Assembly (NCBI GenBank): GCA_023213395.1 | Contig: CM041465.1 | Location: 199,275,741 to 199,339,740, forward strand | Source: Cycas panzhihuaensis | Taxonomy: Eukaryota > Plantae > Cycadophyta | DNA: 64,000 nt | Reading direction: 5' to 3' | Shown here: one piece after another, positions 38,001 to 53,047 of the stretch | How positions within the stretch are numbered: position 1 is the stretch's first letter | How the letters are laid out: each line of letters opens with the position of its first letter | Translations under genes and position numbers: made by a program | Notes under the pieces: generated by a model | Told to the model about the DNA's origin: nothing | Database searches by the model: none | Seen by the model: the letters and a program-made list of their open reading frames with translations, nothing else

Positions 38001-41000
38001 GTCAAAGGACTTAAAACCATTCACCTGAAATTCCTAAGCCTTCTAAATTTTACCCTTATTGATGTTTTGTATATTCCCGCTCTGAAACAGAACCTGCATT
38101 CCCTATCCACCCTTATTTCTTGTGGATTTGATCTAAGTGTAATTATAAATACTTAGAATCTTTGAGTCATTCACCCTCTTTTAAATGTTATGGTTATGAC
38201 CAAAATTATTAATGGCATTTTTTTTTGCCTAACTGGCTGGTCATCTTATAAATCCAATTATGCTGATAATGACATTGCTTTTACCGTAACCTTGACTCCT
38301 TAAAACTTGTCCCAAGAAGCCCTATGACATGCTAATATGGGCCATATCAAAATTGATTACTTAAGAGAACTACATGCCACCATTTCCAATATGCCTAGGT
38401 TCTCTTCTAAGACCTTCAATTATGAAGCATATATCATTATTAAATCCCAAAGATAACCCTTTTCTCATAGTCAGAGGAAACCTAGCTAGCCTTTGTAGCT
38501 TATACACTCATACATATATAGTGTTATGCCCATCCTTTCTCTCAAATAGAAGTAGTACTATATTACTTTTATTGATAATTTTACCAAGTATGGGTTGTTG
38601 TTTTTATAAAGAAAGATGAAGCTTTCACCATGTTTGAAGCTTTCAAGGCCTGCATGAAAAATGATTTAGGATTCAAGATCAAAATACTCAGGACTACTAA
38701 TGGTGGTGAGTACACCTCTAATAAGTTTGAATCATACTTGTGTGACCATGGGATCAAATATTAGACTACTATTATAGGTATACCCTAGTAGAATGAAGTT
38801 GCTAAGCATATCAATAGGATCATCATGAACATGGCTTATGATATGCTGGTATACAAGAACATCACTATCTATCTTTGGACTAAGGTTATCTAGTCTATCA
38901 TGTACTACATTAACACTCTTAGTCCCTCTAATCTCAACCCCTCTCTACATGAAATGTGGTATGGACAACCCCTCTCTATCTCCCACTTCAAAATTTTTTG
39001 CTCTACTTATTATACTCATATTTTAGAGGAACTCAAAAATAAGCTTTAGAATAGAACCCTCAAAGGTATCTTTGTCAAATACCCTATGGATAAAATGGGT
39101 TACAAGGTTTTCCTACCTTCATAACAAAATATCATCATCACTAGAGACATTGTGTTTACAGAGACTAAAGATCAATTGCTCAGCTTGACTCTAAGATGCC
39201 TTTGTAACAATTTAATGATGCTACAAAATTTGATATCTAGGGGAGATGCTCAACAATTGATTAAAATCTTGGAATCTGATAATAGAGCCCTAAAGGATAC
39301 AAGTTATGACTCTCAATTAATGTATACACATCTAGTACTATCATTTAAGAATATCCAAGTTGATAAAGGCAAAGCTATAATAGAAAGATCACCTTCTCTA
39401 ACATTAGTAGCTGGCCCATCTTCTCCAACATTATCAACTTCCTCCATACCAAACATTTTATATGATCTTTTTTAAGATCAAAATGAAGACTAAGAGTCTA
39501 TGGAAATTAAAATCTTATTACCAACTCAAGATTATCGTGAAATCTACTAACTACACAAGGATATGCGATAAGATGAGGTAAGAAAAACTCACACCAGAAG
39601 TGCCCATAGAGTAAGGATGCACGAATCACTTTCCATTGAGCTTGAGCCAACAGAAATATACCTTACTTTTAATGAAGAGCCCCAAACATACCAAGAAGCT
39701 ATAAAGCATGTAGCTTAAAGAAATGCCACGAATAAAGAGTACTAATCTTTTATCAAGAATAGTATATAGGAGCTCATCGATCTACCACTTGGAAAAAAGG
39801 TAGTTCAAAATAAATGGGTATTCAAAAATAAGTACAGATTAGGCAACACCTTAGAAAAACATAAGGCAAGGCTAGAAGCAAAAGGATTCACACAAAGGGA
39901 AGGAATCAACTATACCAAATATTTGCACCTACAACCAAGTAGCTCACAATCAAAACTCTTATAGCCTTGGCTACTCAATATGGCAAAAAAATCCACTAGC
40001 TTGATGTTAAGATTGTGTTTCTCAATGGGGACATTAAAGAAGAAATTTATATGGCTTATCTAGAATGATATGAGATTATCAGTCAAAAGCATAAGGTTTG
40101 TAGGCTCAGAAAGTCCTTGTATAGCTTGAATTAAGCCCCCCATGCTTGGTTTACTAAGTTATCTAAAAGAATGAGGTAACTTAGATATAAGATTTGTGAC
40201 TATCAAGATATTGATGTAACATTATTCATCAAGCACCAAAAAGATAAAGTCACTTACCTCGTAATCTTTATGGATGATATGCTAATGATGGGAAATAGTG
40301 AACAGGTAATCATCCATTTGAAGAAGGACCTTACTAAAACTTTTAAATTGTTTGACCTTAGGTTGATAAAATATTACTTGGGTATTGAAGTAACTCAAAA
40401 GAATGGCAAAATACTTCTCTTCTAAGAAAAATACATCAACAGTCTTCTAATAAAGTTTTAATTAGAAGATGATCGACCAGTGGCTATACCTATGGAATCT
40501 AATATTAAACTCTCAACTGATGATAACACTAGGGAGGTAGATATAATACTCTACTTGTAGGTAGTTATATCTATACTACCAATATAAGGCTAGATATTAC
40601 ATACACTGTCAACATTCTTATATGATTCATGACAATCCTAAGCAAAATCACTAGCAAACTATAGTATGAGTGTTGAGGTACCTAGAGGTGACCAACAAAT
40701 ATGGTCTATTGTATAAACCTAATGCAAAATTTAGACTTTATATATACACAAACTCAAACATTTCAAGAGATAAAGATATATGAAGATCCGCATATATATA
40801 TGTAATGTTTCTTGAAATAGCACCAATATTATGGAGATCTAAATGACAGAAGATAGTTGCAGACTCAACTGCCGAAGCTGTATATATTACTTCTTATGAG
40901 AGAAGTAAAGAGGTTATATAGCTTAGAAATTATTGAATATATTTAAATGTCACCCAAGTAAGTTCTACCAGCCTATGTGTGGTTAATCAATCTACAATCC

Positions 41001-42599
41001 ACATGACTAAAAATCTTTTATTTCATGATCATACTAAACATATAAGTATGAAAGTCCATAGGATTAAAGAATTAGTTCATGATGACATGATTTAATTGGA
41101 GTACTACCCTATAGTAAATCAAGTGGTTGATATCTTCACCAAACCACTATAAAAGATGAAGTTCGAATAGTGTTGAAGGTAGCTCAGTCTTAAAGTCTCC
41201 ATTTCCAATTGATTAAAGGAGATAACAATAGGTCTCATTTGTGAAAACTCCTTGTAGATGTAAAAGGACAAGAGCAAGTCTCTACTCTATCCCATTTTAT
41301 GCAAACCCTTTATGGTCATGAAGGGATAAGGGTTGTACCATTTAGAAAAATCAGAACCTATGAAAACCAGAAAGGGCATGGAGGATGACCAAATGGTATA
41401 TAGAGACTTAGTAGATTATAGCTATAAAACTCATTATATTGATTAGCTATCTAGCTTGATTCAAAGAGCCACTTAAGTCAATTTAGTAGATTAGAAAATC
41501 TGTGGGTTTCCATCTCCATAAGGGTTTCCCATAAAAGTATCATAGTAGTTTGCTTTATAAGAGGCTCAAATGAAGACCTCATAAGAAAGAATAAAATAAG
41601 ATGAAATGACCTTATACCATTAAGGTGGGGATTGAAATGGGTTAATCCCATAATGTCATTACATTAGTTTATTATTCTAAAAAGGGTCTTAAATAAACTT
41701 TGAATTAGATCACTTAAGTGAAATACAATTTCATGTGCATTATATGTAATTTCATCTCATTAGGGAAACCCTTAACCCTAATGCACTCTCTCATCTATAT
41801 AAAGCAAGATCAATAGAGGAGGATCATTCTTACCTCCCTATTTTAGGAGAGCTACTATTTATCTCTCAAGTTTCTCTTGCTCTCATGTTTGCCTTTGTGT
41901 ATAGTGCATGGAGATGAAGTCTAGATCCTCTCCTTTTAGGTTCATCACAAGTGGTATGAGAGCCAAGACTTGGGTTCAAATCCTATTTAGGACAATTCCA
42001 CTTATAGAGGTAATAGGGTGATGTGTATAAATGCCACTAATATGTATGAATATTCTATAGTTGGGGCCTTTGGAGTGCCTAAATGCTAGTGACAGCAAGG
42101 TTAGGTAGGGTTACCCCATTCGAGCTATGGGAAAGGTAATTGTTTATTTAGTGGGGAGATATCTCCATTAATACTTCTAGGTTTTGATATAACAATTTGG
42201 CATATTCTATATTAATTATAATTTTTATGTGTACTAGCTATATAGGACTATTTTTTAAAATAACACCTAACTCTAATTTATAAATTGATTCATAATTTAT
42301 ATCTTAATAATCAATATATTAAACTTTTAATAATCTTAATTATTTAAATCAAAATATTAGTACTATATTGGCATTGATTCAACAACAATAAAGCATCCAA
42401 TAATCCATATAAGATTCTCAAGCTTCTTAATTAGGTGTCGATCCATAACTTTTCTAGCATTTAAATTCACTTAATCTAAGTTATCAGTTAGGTTTATCTT
42501 CTTCTTATTTAAAGTTTTCATCTCAACTTATTACATTATAAGTTGTTCTTTCATAAAACCCCTTGGGGGTACTTAGCCTTTAAATATTACAACAAGGGT

Positions 42600-43700
42600 A
42601 ACCATCATAATAAACATGACCAATTCAAACTCAATTGATTCAATCTCAAACTCAAGCAACTTTATTTTCTACATCTTTATACACTTCTAGTATATAAAGG
42701 TATAGAAAAAGTATTTAACTAAGTAGGTCTAAAGTTGGCCTTTAATAGTCATCATTTGTACAATAAAATTCTCATCTTAAATTTCTCATTTTAAAAGTAA
42801 TTAAGTGTTACCAAATATTTTATATCTCCCTATAGGTTTATTTACCCTTGTACAGAGCTATCGTAGATCCTATATGGAATATATGAATAACCCTCTTATA
42901 ATCAAATGACTTCTCTTTCCCTATTGATTCCTACATTGCCTTACTTTGAAGGAATATAAGGATAGGATCTACCAAAACATATTCATACTTTTTTACTGAC
43001 ATCTTCTTAATGGAAATAGAATAATAATTTACTTTATCTCCTCTTTTCACATATTCTTTTCAACAACACTCTCAAATAATTTTCTTGATTGCCTATTTGT
43101 TGGATATATGCCTTTTAATAACTTGTAGATTAATTTGTCACCTACTTTAATATAAGGAAGTCTTCTTATTTAAGTGTCAAAGTGCTCATATCTACTAAAT
43201 AGAGTATTGGAGAAATTTGTTATTAATTTGTCAAATGATCTCAAGACCAAACCTTTGTATCAAAATATCAATATTATTATAGTCTTCCTATAGATTTATT
43301 CTTCAATGCTCTTAAATCTCAATTACATTTTGAAATGATAAAGATGAATATTACCTCTTATTAAGATGCTCTTAATGAAGCCCTAGCTCTTAAAACATTT
43401 GAAACTCAAGTAGGCATAAAGTCAATTCCAAGACCTTCTATTTACAAATTCAATAAATATAAATCTTCTCAAAACTATAACCTTGCCATATAAAATAAGT
43501 TATGTGGCCCTCTTATATTTGTAGTGCAAAGATTGGATCATAAGTTATGGGAAAACACTCATTATATTTCTAATTAAGAGGAGGAATAATCATCTCAAAA
43601 CATTATAATTACCAAAAAAGGCATTCCTCCACTTGAAGGTTATACTAGAAGGTGGTACACTCTTCATAGAATTAAGTTTTAGTCTGATGATGAATTCTAA
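42600..43700 (+). mobile_element. Highly decayed LINE RT remnant
   Basis: Traces of EKAFDRV (tagaaaaagtatttaactaagta, ~42703) and SHILFADDTL (tcacatattcttttcaacaacactct, ~43047) in the expected order. Boundaries are approximate. Confidence 0.5.
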
Positions 43701-43867
43701 ACTTTGTAAAAAAAATAATAAGAGTAAGTTACCAATAATATCAAACTAAGCTTAATCTTGATAAACCTATTTACAAAAATCCATTTCCTGATTGTAATAA
43801 TAATAAAAATAGAAGGAGATAACCTCAACAATAAAAACCCAATGATGATTATTCTAACCAACCTTTA

Positions 43868-46800
43868 TCTTAAGATTTGTGTATATACATGCTACAAGTT
43901 GAATGTTAAGGCAACCAAAGGTAGAGACTATTACATACTAGAAATAAGTACAAAGAATACTTGAACACCAAATTTATCATGGGAAACTTTCAAGAGAGAA
44001 AACCCACCAATACAATATTTATTATATTAAAATATTAGAAGTTAACATAATGTTTAATGAGATGGTAAGATAGAATATGAGTAGATTCGATGATATTATA
44101 TTGATCCAAGTTGATGGTTGGAATACCAAAGGGAAAATGGATTCGTAACCCTTTATGTATAGACATGACTTTTCATTGTACCTATTTATGTAGGGACACA
44201 TCCCTTCATTATACCTGCTCGTGATAACTATCCTCTAATAAAACATTAAGTATATAGTTAACCTAAGTTAACTATTGCTAACATCACCTCTTAATGTGAA
44301 TAGGGGATGAAGTAAAATTAATTACTCCCCTTAAGGATAATCTTGTTGAGTGTTAACTAGTGATGTTTATCCAACAACTTCGTAAATCAGTTTGCAACCT
44401 AGTTAGTAGTTGAAGTATATTCCACTTAAAGCTTACTTTCATCATACACCTCTTGAATAATCGATTATAATCTCACTTCTAATACCAATACTTTATCTTA
44501 TAGGTATTGTTCCCCTAAACTAAGAGTTTCTTTCATAGGTTATAATATTTCATCAATTGAAGAAGAGTCTAAATTAAACATAGTGCATTTACCTTTAGCA
44601 TAATTCAATTAGCACAATAGTTTATCTTGTCCTTCCTTAATAACCTCAAAGTTTTGCACCTAATATAATCTCCTTAAGTCTAGGTTAAGGAATGCAACAT
44701 TATTTTGATGTAACCCTCCACTAAGTATAGTTGTTATATTTGACCTATTTATTAGCTTTTGAATAATGGGTATAATCATTGTCCAAAGGTCAATTCAAAT
44801 AGAAGGAATATTTTCATGTAAAGAATCTTTGTCCTCCTCCATAGCTACTCTCTAGGAAGGACTCATTTGCCATAATGAATTAGGAACATGGGAGTGGATG
44901 ACTTTTCCTATTTGAAGTCAACTAGCATCTTAAGTTTCAATCAGCCTTTTTGTTACATCCTTAGTTATGACCAACAAGGACTTAGAGGAGGTTGTCATCT
45001 CCTCAACAAGTAACTAGTGTTTTTTATTATCTTTTATTTCATATTCCTCTTAGAGCTTGACCTTTTCAAGATTAAAAGATTTCATGAAAGGGGGGTAATA
45101 AACATTTGATAGCAGATTCTTATCAAACTGGTATGTCAATGCTTCATCAATCTTTATATCCTAACAATGAAGAAACTTTTGCATCACCAAATCCGATAGT
45201 CTATATATATGTCTATTTCCATAATATCCCACAAAAGAACTTTTGTGACTGTGATTAGATTTCTTCAACTATCTATTAGGGATTAGTGCATTTGTAATGC
45301 ATCCAAAGATATTTATTTTTGTAATGGAAGGCTTTCAACCAGTTTATTTTTCATATGGCATTACATTTTGAACTACAGAGTTGGAATTTAGTTCAAAGTA
45401 TGAACAACAATTCTTACAGCTTCTGTCCCAAAATTATATGGCATGTGTTGTATTTACACCATACACAATGCCATGTCAATTAAGGTATTAACTTTCTATG
45501 TGGAAACTTTATAATGTGGGATTAGTTTAATACCATGATTAGAATAGAACTTAGAAATGTAATTATTGTAAACTTTTCTACTATTACTCCTTAACAGTTT
45601 TATTTGATTTTCATATATCTTTTTAGCTGATGCTTCAAATTATCTTACTTCTAACTTATCTTTGGGAAAGTATACCCAAGTATCTAAGGTAGAAAGAAGA
45701 TTGTGATTCATTCTAGGTGTATGGTATACCTTCTTGAGACAACTACCTTTCAATGTGACTGTTTAAGTATTTTTTACTAGTACCACATTAGTATTATTGA
45801 GTATGATATTTGTTTAGCCATGATTTTAGTTTAACGCGTCAAAACTCTCCTTAGTAGAAGAGATATATCGTTGTGCCCCTGAGTTGGTCACCTAATATTC
45901 CTTTTTATCTGACAACTTTCGAGTTGATATTTGTATATAATAATTTATAATCTTCTCCTTTACATTGCCCTATCTTAAGTTCTTTTTCTTTACCCAATAG
46001 TCCTTTTCCTTGTGGCCCATCTTTTTATAATAAGTATATGAATCATTATATATATTCGTCTTCTTCCCTTTATTGGCACCCTCTTCATATGAACATTTAT
46101 CCTTATCTTCCTCCTCATTTTTCTAAATTTTTTAGGGTAGGGCATGACTAGTATCCAAAGGACCTACAAACCCATGATGTTTAATCTTAGCTTCCTCCAC
46201 AAGAAGAAGCTCCTTTAGCTTTTAAAACAAGGTATATTACAACATCTTATCAACATTATATACAGTTTGAAATGTGTTGTAAGCCACTAGTAAATTGTTC
46301 ATGACAATTACAAATAGAATTTTATCACTAATAAGGTCTTTTTCTATTCCCTCCAGCTTATTCCCGATATCAATCAACTTATTTAAATAGGTCTTGATAT
46401 TACTCTCATCTTCAATTTAGGAATTGAATAATTCAACTAGTAAGATGACTAAATGGTTTTTGTTTTTCTTTTTAAATGTGTCACAAAGGGTCTTCTAAAT
46501 GTCATGTGGTATATTCAATTTATGGATGAGTGCCCTCTAATTTAGGGCAAGCTAGAGCTTTAGTAGACCAGTGGTATAAATTTACTTTCTTCATGTGATT
46601 TTATCTTATTTAGAATTAGATTTCCCTTTTTCTTTCTTGGGTGGAAGCCTCATAAGTTAGGTCCCAAAGCTCTTGGACCATTAGCATGAGTTCTATATTA
46701 GGCTTCCACTCATCAAAATTATTGTCATTAAATATTGCTTATGGCAATAAGGTAGTTATAGCATCCATTTATCTAACTTGTCTACAAATACTCTAGATTT

Positions 46801-48446
46801 ACTTCCACTTGATTGACAAACATGATTATAGGTCTTAATTTGTAATAATTGTCACTTTACGAAGCTTGAATATCTATTTTGTATGCCACTCCACTAAGAA
46901 ATAGAGGTATATAATATGTGTTTTCCATAAAGAATATAATTTTTAACATCAATTAAAGGTATTAAATGTATCAAAATGCTCTTTAATACTAAATAACTTC
47001 TTCAGCAAATGCAATATGATGTATGTTGGAGATATCACATGTTACTGGGTCAATTCTAGGTGGAATATCACCAAACAACTATTATAATATGCTTAAAAAA
47101 GGATTGATCACTTTTCTTTAAAGGTTATAAGCTTATATTCATATTAGAATATTCAAAAGTAATATTCTCTTTAATGGGCCACTACTTTAAATCTCATGCA
47201 ATTCGTTCAAATGGTAGCGACTGATTAATAATTGATCTTCATTATTGAAGGTAATGCAACCTTAGAAATAGATCAAAAATATTAAATTGACTTAATTGTT
47301 GATTAATGAATTATTTGGAATGGTTGTGGTTATGGTGTGAGTTCATCAAACTATGCATCCTTCACCCAAACTTTCACTCCCTTCAAACTACTTCCAATCT
47401 CAATGGATGCCAACTCTGGTTGTACATAGGTTATTTGTAGGCTTCTATCAATGATTACCACTTTAGAATGAAGTTAGATGAAAGAACATTCTTCCTCAAA
47501 CTCACCCAATTTATGCACCAACCAATATATATCAATAAAATTCTGTTTAACAACACTTAATGCTACCTAACAATCATTCAATGGATAAAAAAAATTCTAA
47601 ACAAGGATATAATCTTTCCCATAGATGAGAAACTTAAATTTCTTGATGAAAATGGTTGATTTTTCATGCCCAACTCTATTGTATGGCTTTAATTTATGAC
47701 CAACACTATCAAATGATGTCTAACATCTTTAAATCTTTCCCAACACTACTTTATAATATCTAATCTAATCCCAATATCATTATATAGCTTGAATTGATGT
47801 CCAACATTGTTGTATAGCTTTCAATGTTGGTTCAACAGGCATATAAAGTACCCAATGTGTTTTGGCAACTCCAAATGACCTCTCTTCTCAGTGTTAACAT
47901 GATCTTTGGATCTCAAATCTTCGAGTTAGACCAATTAGTGACAAATGCACTTGTCTCCAATCTCAAATCTAAGTTCTAATGTGATTTCCTACTTTCCTTA
48001 GCTTTGATACCATGTTAGGATTTATGTATGTACATGTAAGTTGTAGGTTAGGTGTTAAATTAATTAGAGGTAAGGACTATTACAAGCCAAGAAAATGTAC
48101 AAGCAGTACTCAAACACCAAATTTATCATGGAAAACTCTTAAGAGAGAAAAACCACCAACATAATTATTATTATATTAAAATATTAAAAAATTAACATAG
48201 TATTAAATGAGATTGTGAGATGGAATATGAATAGATTTGATGAGAATATATTAATCTAAGTTAATGATACCAAGAGGGTACATATAAATACACCCCAAAA
48301 TAGTGTTGTAACCCTTCACATATGGACACAACTCTTTATCATACCTATTCATATAAGGACACATCTCTTCATCACACTTGCTTCTAATAACTATCCCCTA
48401 ATGAAGCATTAAGTATATAGTTAACCTAAGTTAACTATTACTAATA
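43868..48446 (-). mobile_element. Internally deleted Ty1/Copia lacking RT
   Basis: LTRs at 48013-48446 (5') and 43868-44283 (3'), TSD cttta/tttta, PBS reverse complement gctttgatacca (48001-48012), PPT ttaagaggtga. Gag (NNFDEWK), zinc knuckle, protease, partial integrase and RNase H tail are present. Confidence 0.85.
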
Positions 48447-48522
48447 TTTTAAAACCTACTTATATTTATTTATATTCAAAAGAAGATAACTCTTTGTTTG
48501 ACAAACAATAAAAGGTTTCTTC

Positions 48523-51500
48523 TGAAGGAATGATGGATCTAGAAGATAAATCACTCACATACATACAATGGCAATGGAGAATGAAAAAGAAGATGAAACA
48601 AGATATGAGAGCAAGCTTAGAGGTGAGAATGAATAATAACTCCCTTCTTGAGATTTCACCTTTTATTATTGAGGGTGAGCATTAGGGTTAGGATTTTCCT
48701 GCCTAATGACATAAACTCAAAATTATATCTAAATGTACATAAAGTGTATTTCATTAAGAGACTAATGCTAATAATATATCCTAAGGTCACATAATTAATC
48801 TACACAAATTACCTTGATACATTAACCTCTTTCAATCCCCCCCTTAATGGTTGAAGGTCATTTTCAAAAAATCTATTCTATGAGGTCTTCATTTAAGTCT
48901 CATTATTACATTGAAATTCTAAATGACACTTTTGTGGGAAAACCCTCATGTAGAATAAAAACCCACGAACTTTCTAAGATCTATAGCCCCTTTTATAAAT
49001 CAAAATGGCTAAGTTGGCTCTTTGATATAGCCTAATAGCTAAGCAGCTTAAATATGTAACTTAATCTGCTAAGTCTCCATATATTGTTTGGTTATCCTAT
49101 ATGCCTTTTTGGGTTTTCACAAGTTCTGATTTTTTAAAACAAGTACAATCCTTATCCTTCCATGCCCACATGGGGTTTTCACAAAGAGGATAGAGCAGAG
49201 ACTTACTCTTATTCTTCCACGCCCACAAGGGGTTTTCATGAATAGAATAGAGTATGATGATCCTATTACCATCTTTTTTGATCAATTAAAAATGGAGGCC
49301 TTAAGGCCAAGCTGCCTTTGAAACTGTTCAAACTTCACCCTTTGTAGCGGTTTGGTGAAGATATTGGTTACTTGATCTACTGTGGGGCAGTAATCCAATT
49401 GAATTGTGACGCCATGAATAAGTTCCCTAATCCTGTGGACTTTCATACTTATATATTTGGTACGATCATGAAATACAAGATTTTTTGCCATGCATATTAC
49501 TGATTGATTATCCACATGAAGACTTGTAGGACTTGTTTGGATGATATTCAATGTTTCCAATAATTTTCTTAGCCATATCATCTCTTTACTGGTCTTAGAA
49601 GTAGCAATGTATTAAACGGCTTGAATCAGAATTATCTTCTGTCATCTCGATCTCCATGATATTGGTGTTATTCCAATTAACATTATATACCAAGACGTAG
49701 ATCTTCGTGTATCTTTATCTCATGCAAAGCCTGAGTCTGTGTATACAAAAAGCTTGAAGTCTGAATTAGGTTCATATAATAGACCATATTTATTGGTAGT
49801 CTTAAGATATCTCAACACTTGCTCTGTTGTCTGCTAATGATTCTGCTTAGGATTTATCATGTAACGAGCAAGAATGCCGACAGAGTATATAATATCTGGC
49901 CTTGTATTGGTAGTATAGATTAGACTACCTATAAGTTTCTTATAAAGTGTTGGGTCTACCTCCCTAATGTCACCTTCAGTTGAGAGTTTGGTGTTAGGGT
50001 CCATAGGTAACATCACTGGTTGAGCATCTTCTAATTAAAACTTGGTTAGAAGATCGTTGATATATTTTTCTTAGGAGAGGAAAATTTTCCCATTCTTTTA
50101 TGTTACTTCAATTCCTAAGTAATATTTCATCAAACTGAGGTCAGATAATTCAAACATTTTGCCAAGGTTCTTTTTCAGCTGACTTATTACCTATTCACTA
50201 TTACCCGTTACTAGCATGTTATCCATAAAGATTATGAGATAAGTGACTTTATCCTTATGGCGCTTGATGAATAACGTTGCATCAATATCTTGATAGTCAC
50301 AAACCTTGTATCCAAGTTACCTCATCCTTTCAGATAACTTGGCAAACCAAGTGTGAGGGGCTTATTTAACGCTATACAAGGACTTTCTGACTCTGCAAAC
50401 CTTATGCTCTTGACCTTCGATCTCATATCCTTCTGGCTAAGCCATATAAATTTCTTTTTCAAGATCTCCATTGAGAAACGCGGTCTTAATATCGAGTTGG
50501 TGGATTTTCCAACCATGTTGGGCAACCAAGGCCACAAGAGTTCTAATTATAGGCCACTTAGTTATAGGTGCAAAGACTTTAGTGTAGTCGATACCTTCCC
50601 TTTGTGTAAATCCTTTAGCTACCAACCTCACCTTGTATTTTTCAAGGGTGTCGTTTGATCTATATTTATTTTTGAACACCTATTTATTTTGAACTACCTT
50701 TCTACCAAGTGGTAGATCAACGAGCTCCCATGTACCGTTCTTGATAAGAGATTAGTACTCATCATTCATGGCATTTCTCCAAGTTGTATGCTTTACAGCT
50801 TCTTGGAACGTTAAGGGCTCTTCATTAAGAGTAAGGTGTAATTCTGTTGGTTTAAGCTCAGTATATAATGATTCCTGCATCATTTCTCTATGGGCACTTC
50901 GAGTGTCAGTTTTGCCCACCTCATCTGGTCGTATGTCCTTACTGAGCTGGCGGGCTTCTTGAGATCCACGAGTTGGAAATGATGTCCTCATTTCCCCAAC
51001 TTCTTGGTTCTCATCATGTTCACTAAAATGATTATTTTGTAAGGAGGATGTTGATGTGCCTGAGAAAGATGGTCCTTCTACCACTATTTTGCCTTTGTCA
51101 ACTGAAGGTAGAGAGGATGGTTCTTCTATAATGGCTTTGTCTTTGTCAACTATGTTATCTTCAAAAGATGGTATTGGATGTGCACTCATTGGTTCAGAGT
51201 CACAACTTGTATCCTCTAAGGCTCTATTGCCAGCTTCCAACATTTAGAGTAATTTATGTCTATCCCCCCCCTCCTCCAAATTTTAGAATTTGAACATCAT
51301 ACTTGATAACATTATTGTAGTGGCATAAGGGTACTATAGAGTCTAATTTAAGTAACTGATCATCTATCTCTGCAAAAATGACATCTCTGGTAATAATGAT
51401 TTTTCATTGTAAAGGAATGAAGACCTTATACCCTTTCTTATCCATAGGGTATCCAACAAAGATGCCTTTAAGTGCCCTTGGATGGAGTTTATTTCGATCT

Positions 51501-53047
51501 GCATCTAGAATGTGGGCATAGCATGTAGAGCTAAAAATTTTTAAGTAGTGAACAATGGGGACTTGTCTTGACCACTTTTCATTAGGTGATTGTATTTCCT
51601 TTGATGGGCTAATAACATTGATACAATAAATAATTGTTCAGATTGCTTCATCCCATAGATAGACAGGTACATTTTTGTATATTAACATAGCACGAGCCAT
51701 ATTCATGATTGTCCTGTTCATATGCTCAGTAACTCTATTTTATTGTGGGATACCTGCTACTATTATTTGATGCTTGATGCCATTGTCTCGAAGGTAGCTT
51801 TCAAACTCATGTGAGGTATATTCACCACCATTATCAGTTCAAAGACATTTGAGTTGATAACCTAACTCTTTTTTAGTGAGGGCTTTGAATTCCTTGAATA
51901 TACGAAATGCTTCATCTTTCTTGTGTAGAAAAGCTACCCATACTTTTCTAGTGAAATTATCAATGAAAGAGATGTAATATAGCTTGTTCTTCAGTGAAAG
52001 AATGGGTATTGGTTCGCACAAATCAAAGTATACTAATTGTAATGGATGGCTCGATTTCCACTGACTTTTGGGAAAGGGCTGTCAATGAGATTTGGCAATG
52101 ATACAAGCTCCACATTTAAAGGGCTTAGAGGAAAACTTTGAAAGGTTTGGAAGAGTGTTAGAAAGATCTCTAAGTCTATCAATGTGAACATGGCCCATGT
52201 AAGCATGCCAAAGAGCTTCTGGTGATAATGTTGGATGGTTCAAGATGGAATTAAATATAAATTCTTCATTGGCACAAGGGCTTTGGGAACAATGGGCTTC
52301 AGAAGATGGAGAGCCATTCAGTCAAAAGAGTTTACCAGAGAGATGTCTAATCAAAACCACTTGATTAGTTGGAGGGTGAATGACCTTGAGAGTCTGGTCA
52401 TTTGTAATTACACTCATATCAAATCCATGAGAAATAAGTGTAGATAAAGAGAGTAGGTTTTATTTGAGATTGGGTATTTATAAGACATCAAGCAATGTAA
52501 AATCTTCTACGCTTGGGAGTTTCAGACGAATGTTGTCAATTCCTTCAATAGGTTGTTGTGATTTATCAGCTATGTGAACAACTCCATGAACATTTGAATC
52601 AAATGTTTGATATAGACTATAATTATATGCCATATGTTAAGTTGCTCATGTGTTTATGATCCACTATCCATCGATTGAAGCCACAGTATTGGCAATTCCA
52701 ATAGGGCTTGGCATTGGTGAAGGGAATTCACAAGTGATATATCCACACCAAGCTTCAAAGTATCTCTTTAGTTGGTCAATGGTATTTGATGCTGAAGATC
52801 CCTTAATTTTTTGAATGTGTGCTTGTACAAAACCTACACCACTAAAGGATTCTTCACAAGTTTTTTCAACATTGTGAGCTTCATGTTTTGGTTGGAACTT
52901 GGCCAACTTATAAGTGGTAGTTCTGCAATCTTTTACTAAGTGTCCTTTATAGTTACACCGATCACACATAATAGTTTGATTACCAGTCCCTAAAGAAGTA
53001 CTAGTTTGGCCTGACTATATCGCTCTTTGTTGAGGTGGCCCTTGGCC
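48523..53047 (-). mobile_element. 5'-truncated Ty1/Copia of the same family as 27450-41938
   Basis: 3' LTR 48523-48834, PPT taaggggggga. RH, RT (HQLDIKTAFLNG), INT and zinc knuckle CDRCNYKGHLVKDC. Shares the family-specific linker NRALEDTSCDS..DKGKA with 39280-39380. Confidence 0.92.

Larger units (their letters stand above)
27450..41938 (+). mobile_element. Old degenerate Ty1/Copia (outer element) interrupted by the Copia at 28096-35521
   Basis: LTRs at 27450-27756 and 41633-41938, PBS tggtatcatag, PPT aaggtgggga. gag-pol remnants at ~36700-41210 (QLDVK, FMDDML, TKHISMKVHRIKE). Confidence 0.88.
27285..42200 (+). mobile_element. Probable TRIM (27285-27449 plus 41939-42200) split by the Copia at 27450-41938
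   Basis: ~160-bp diverged direct repeats at 27290-27449 and 42040-42200. The sequence catcaca-ag-tggtatgagagcc (~41943-41964) looks like an LTR end plus PBS, followed by a short internal region and a purine tract before TG at 42019. Confidence 0.55.

Noticed and set aside
41965-41990. tRNA or SINE suggested by gggttcaaatcc (B-box-like)
   Set aside because: No cloverleaf or A-box; better explained as the internal region of the TRIM after its PBS.
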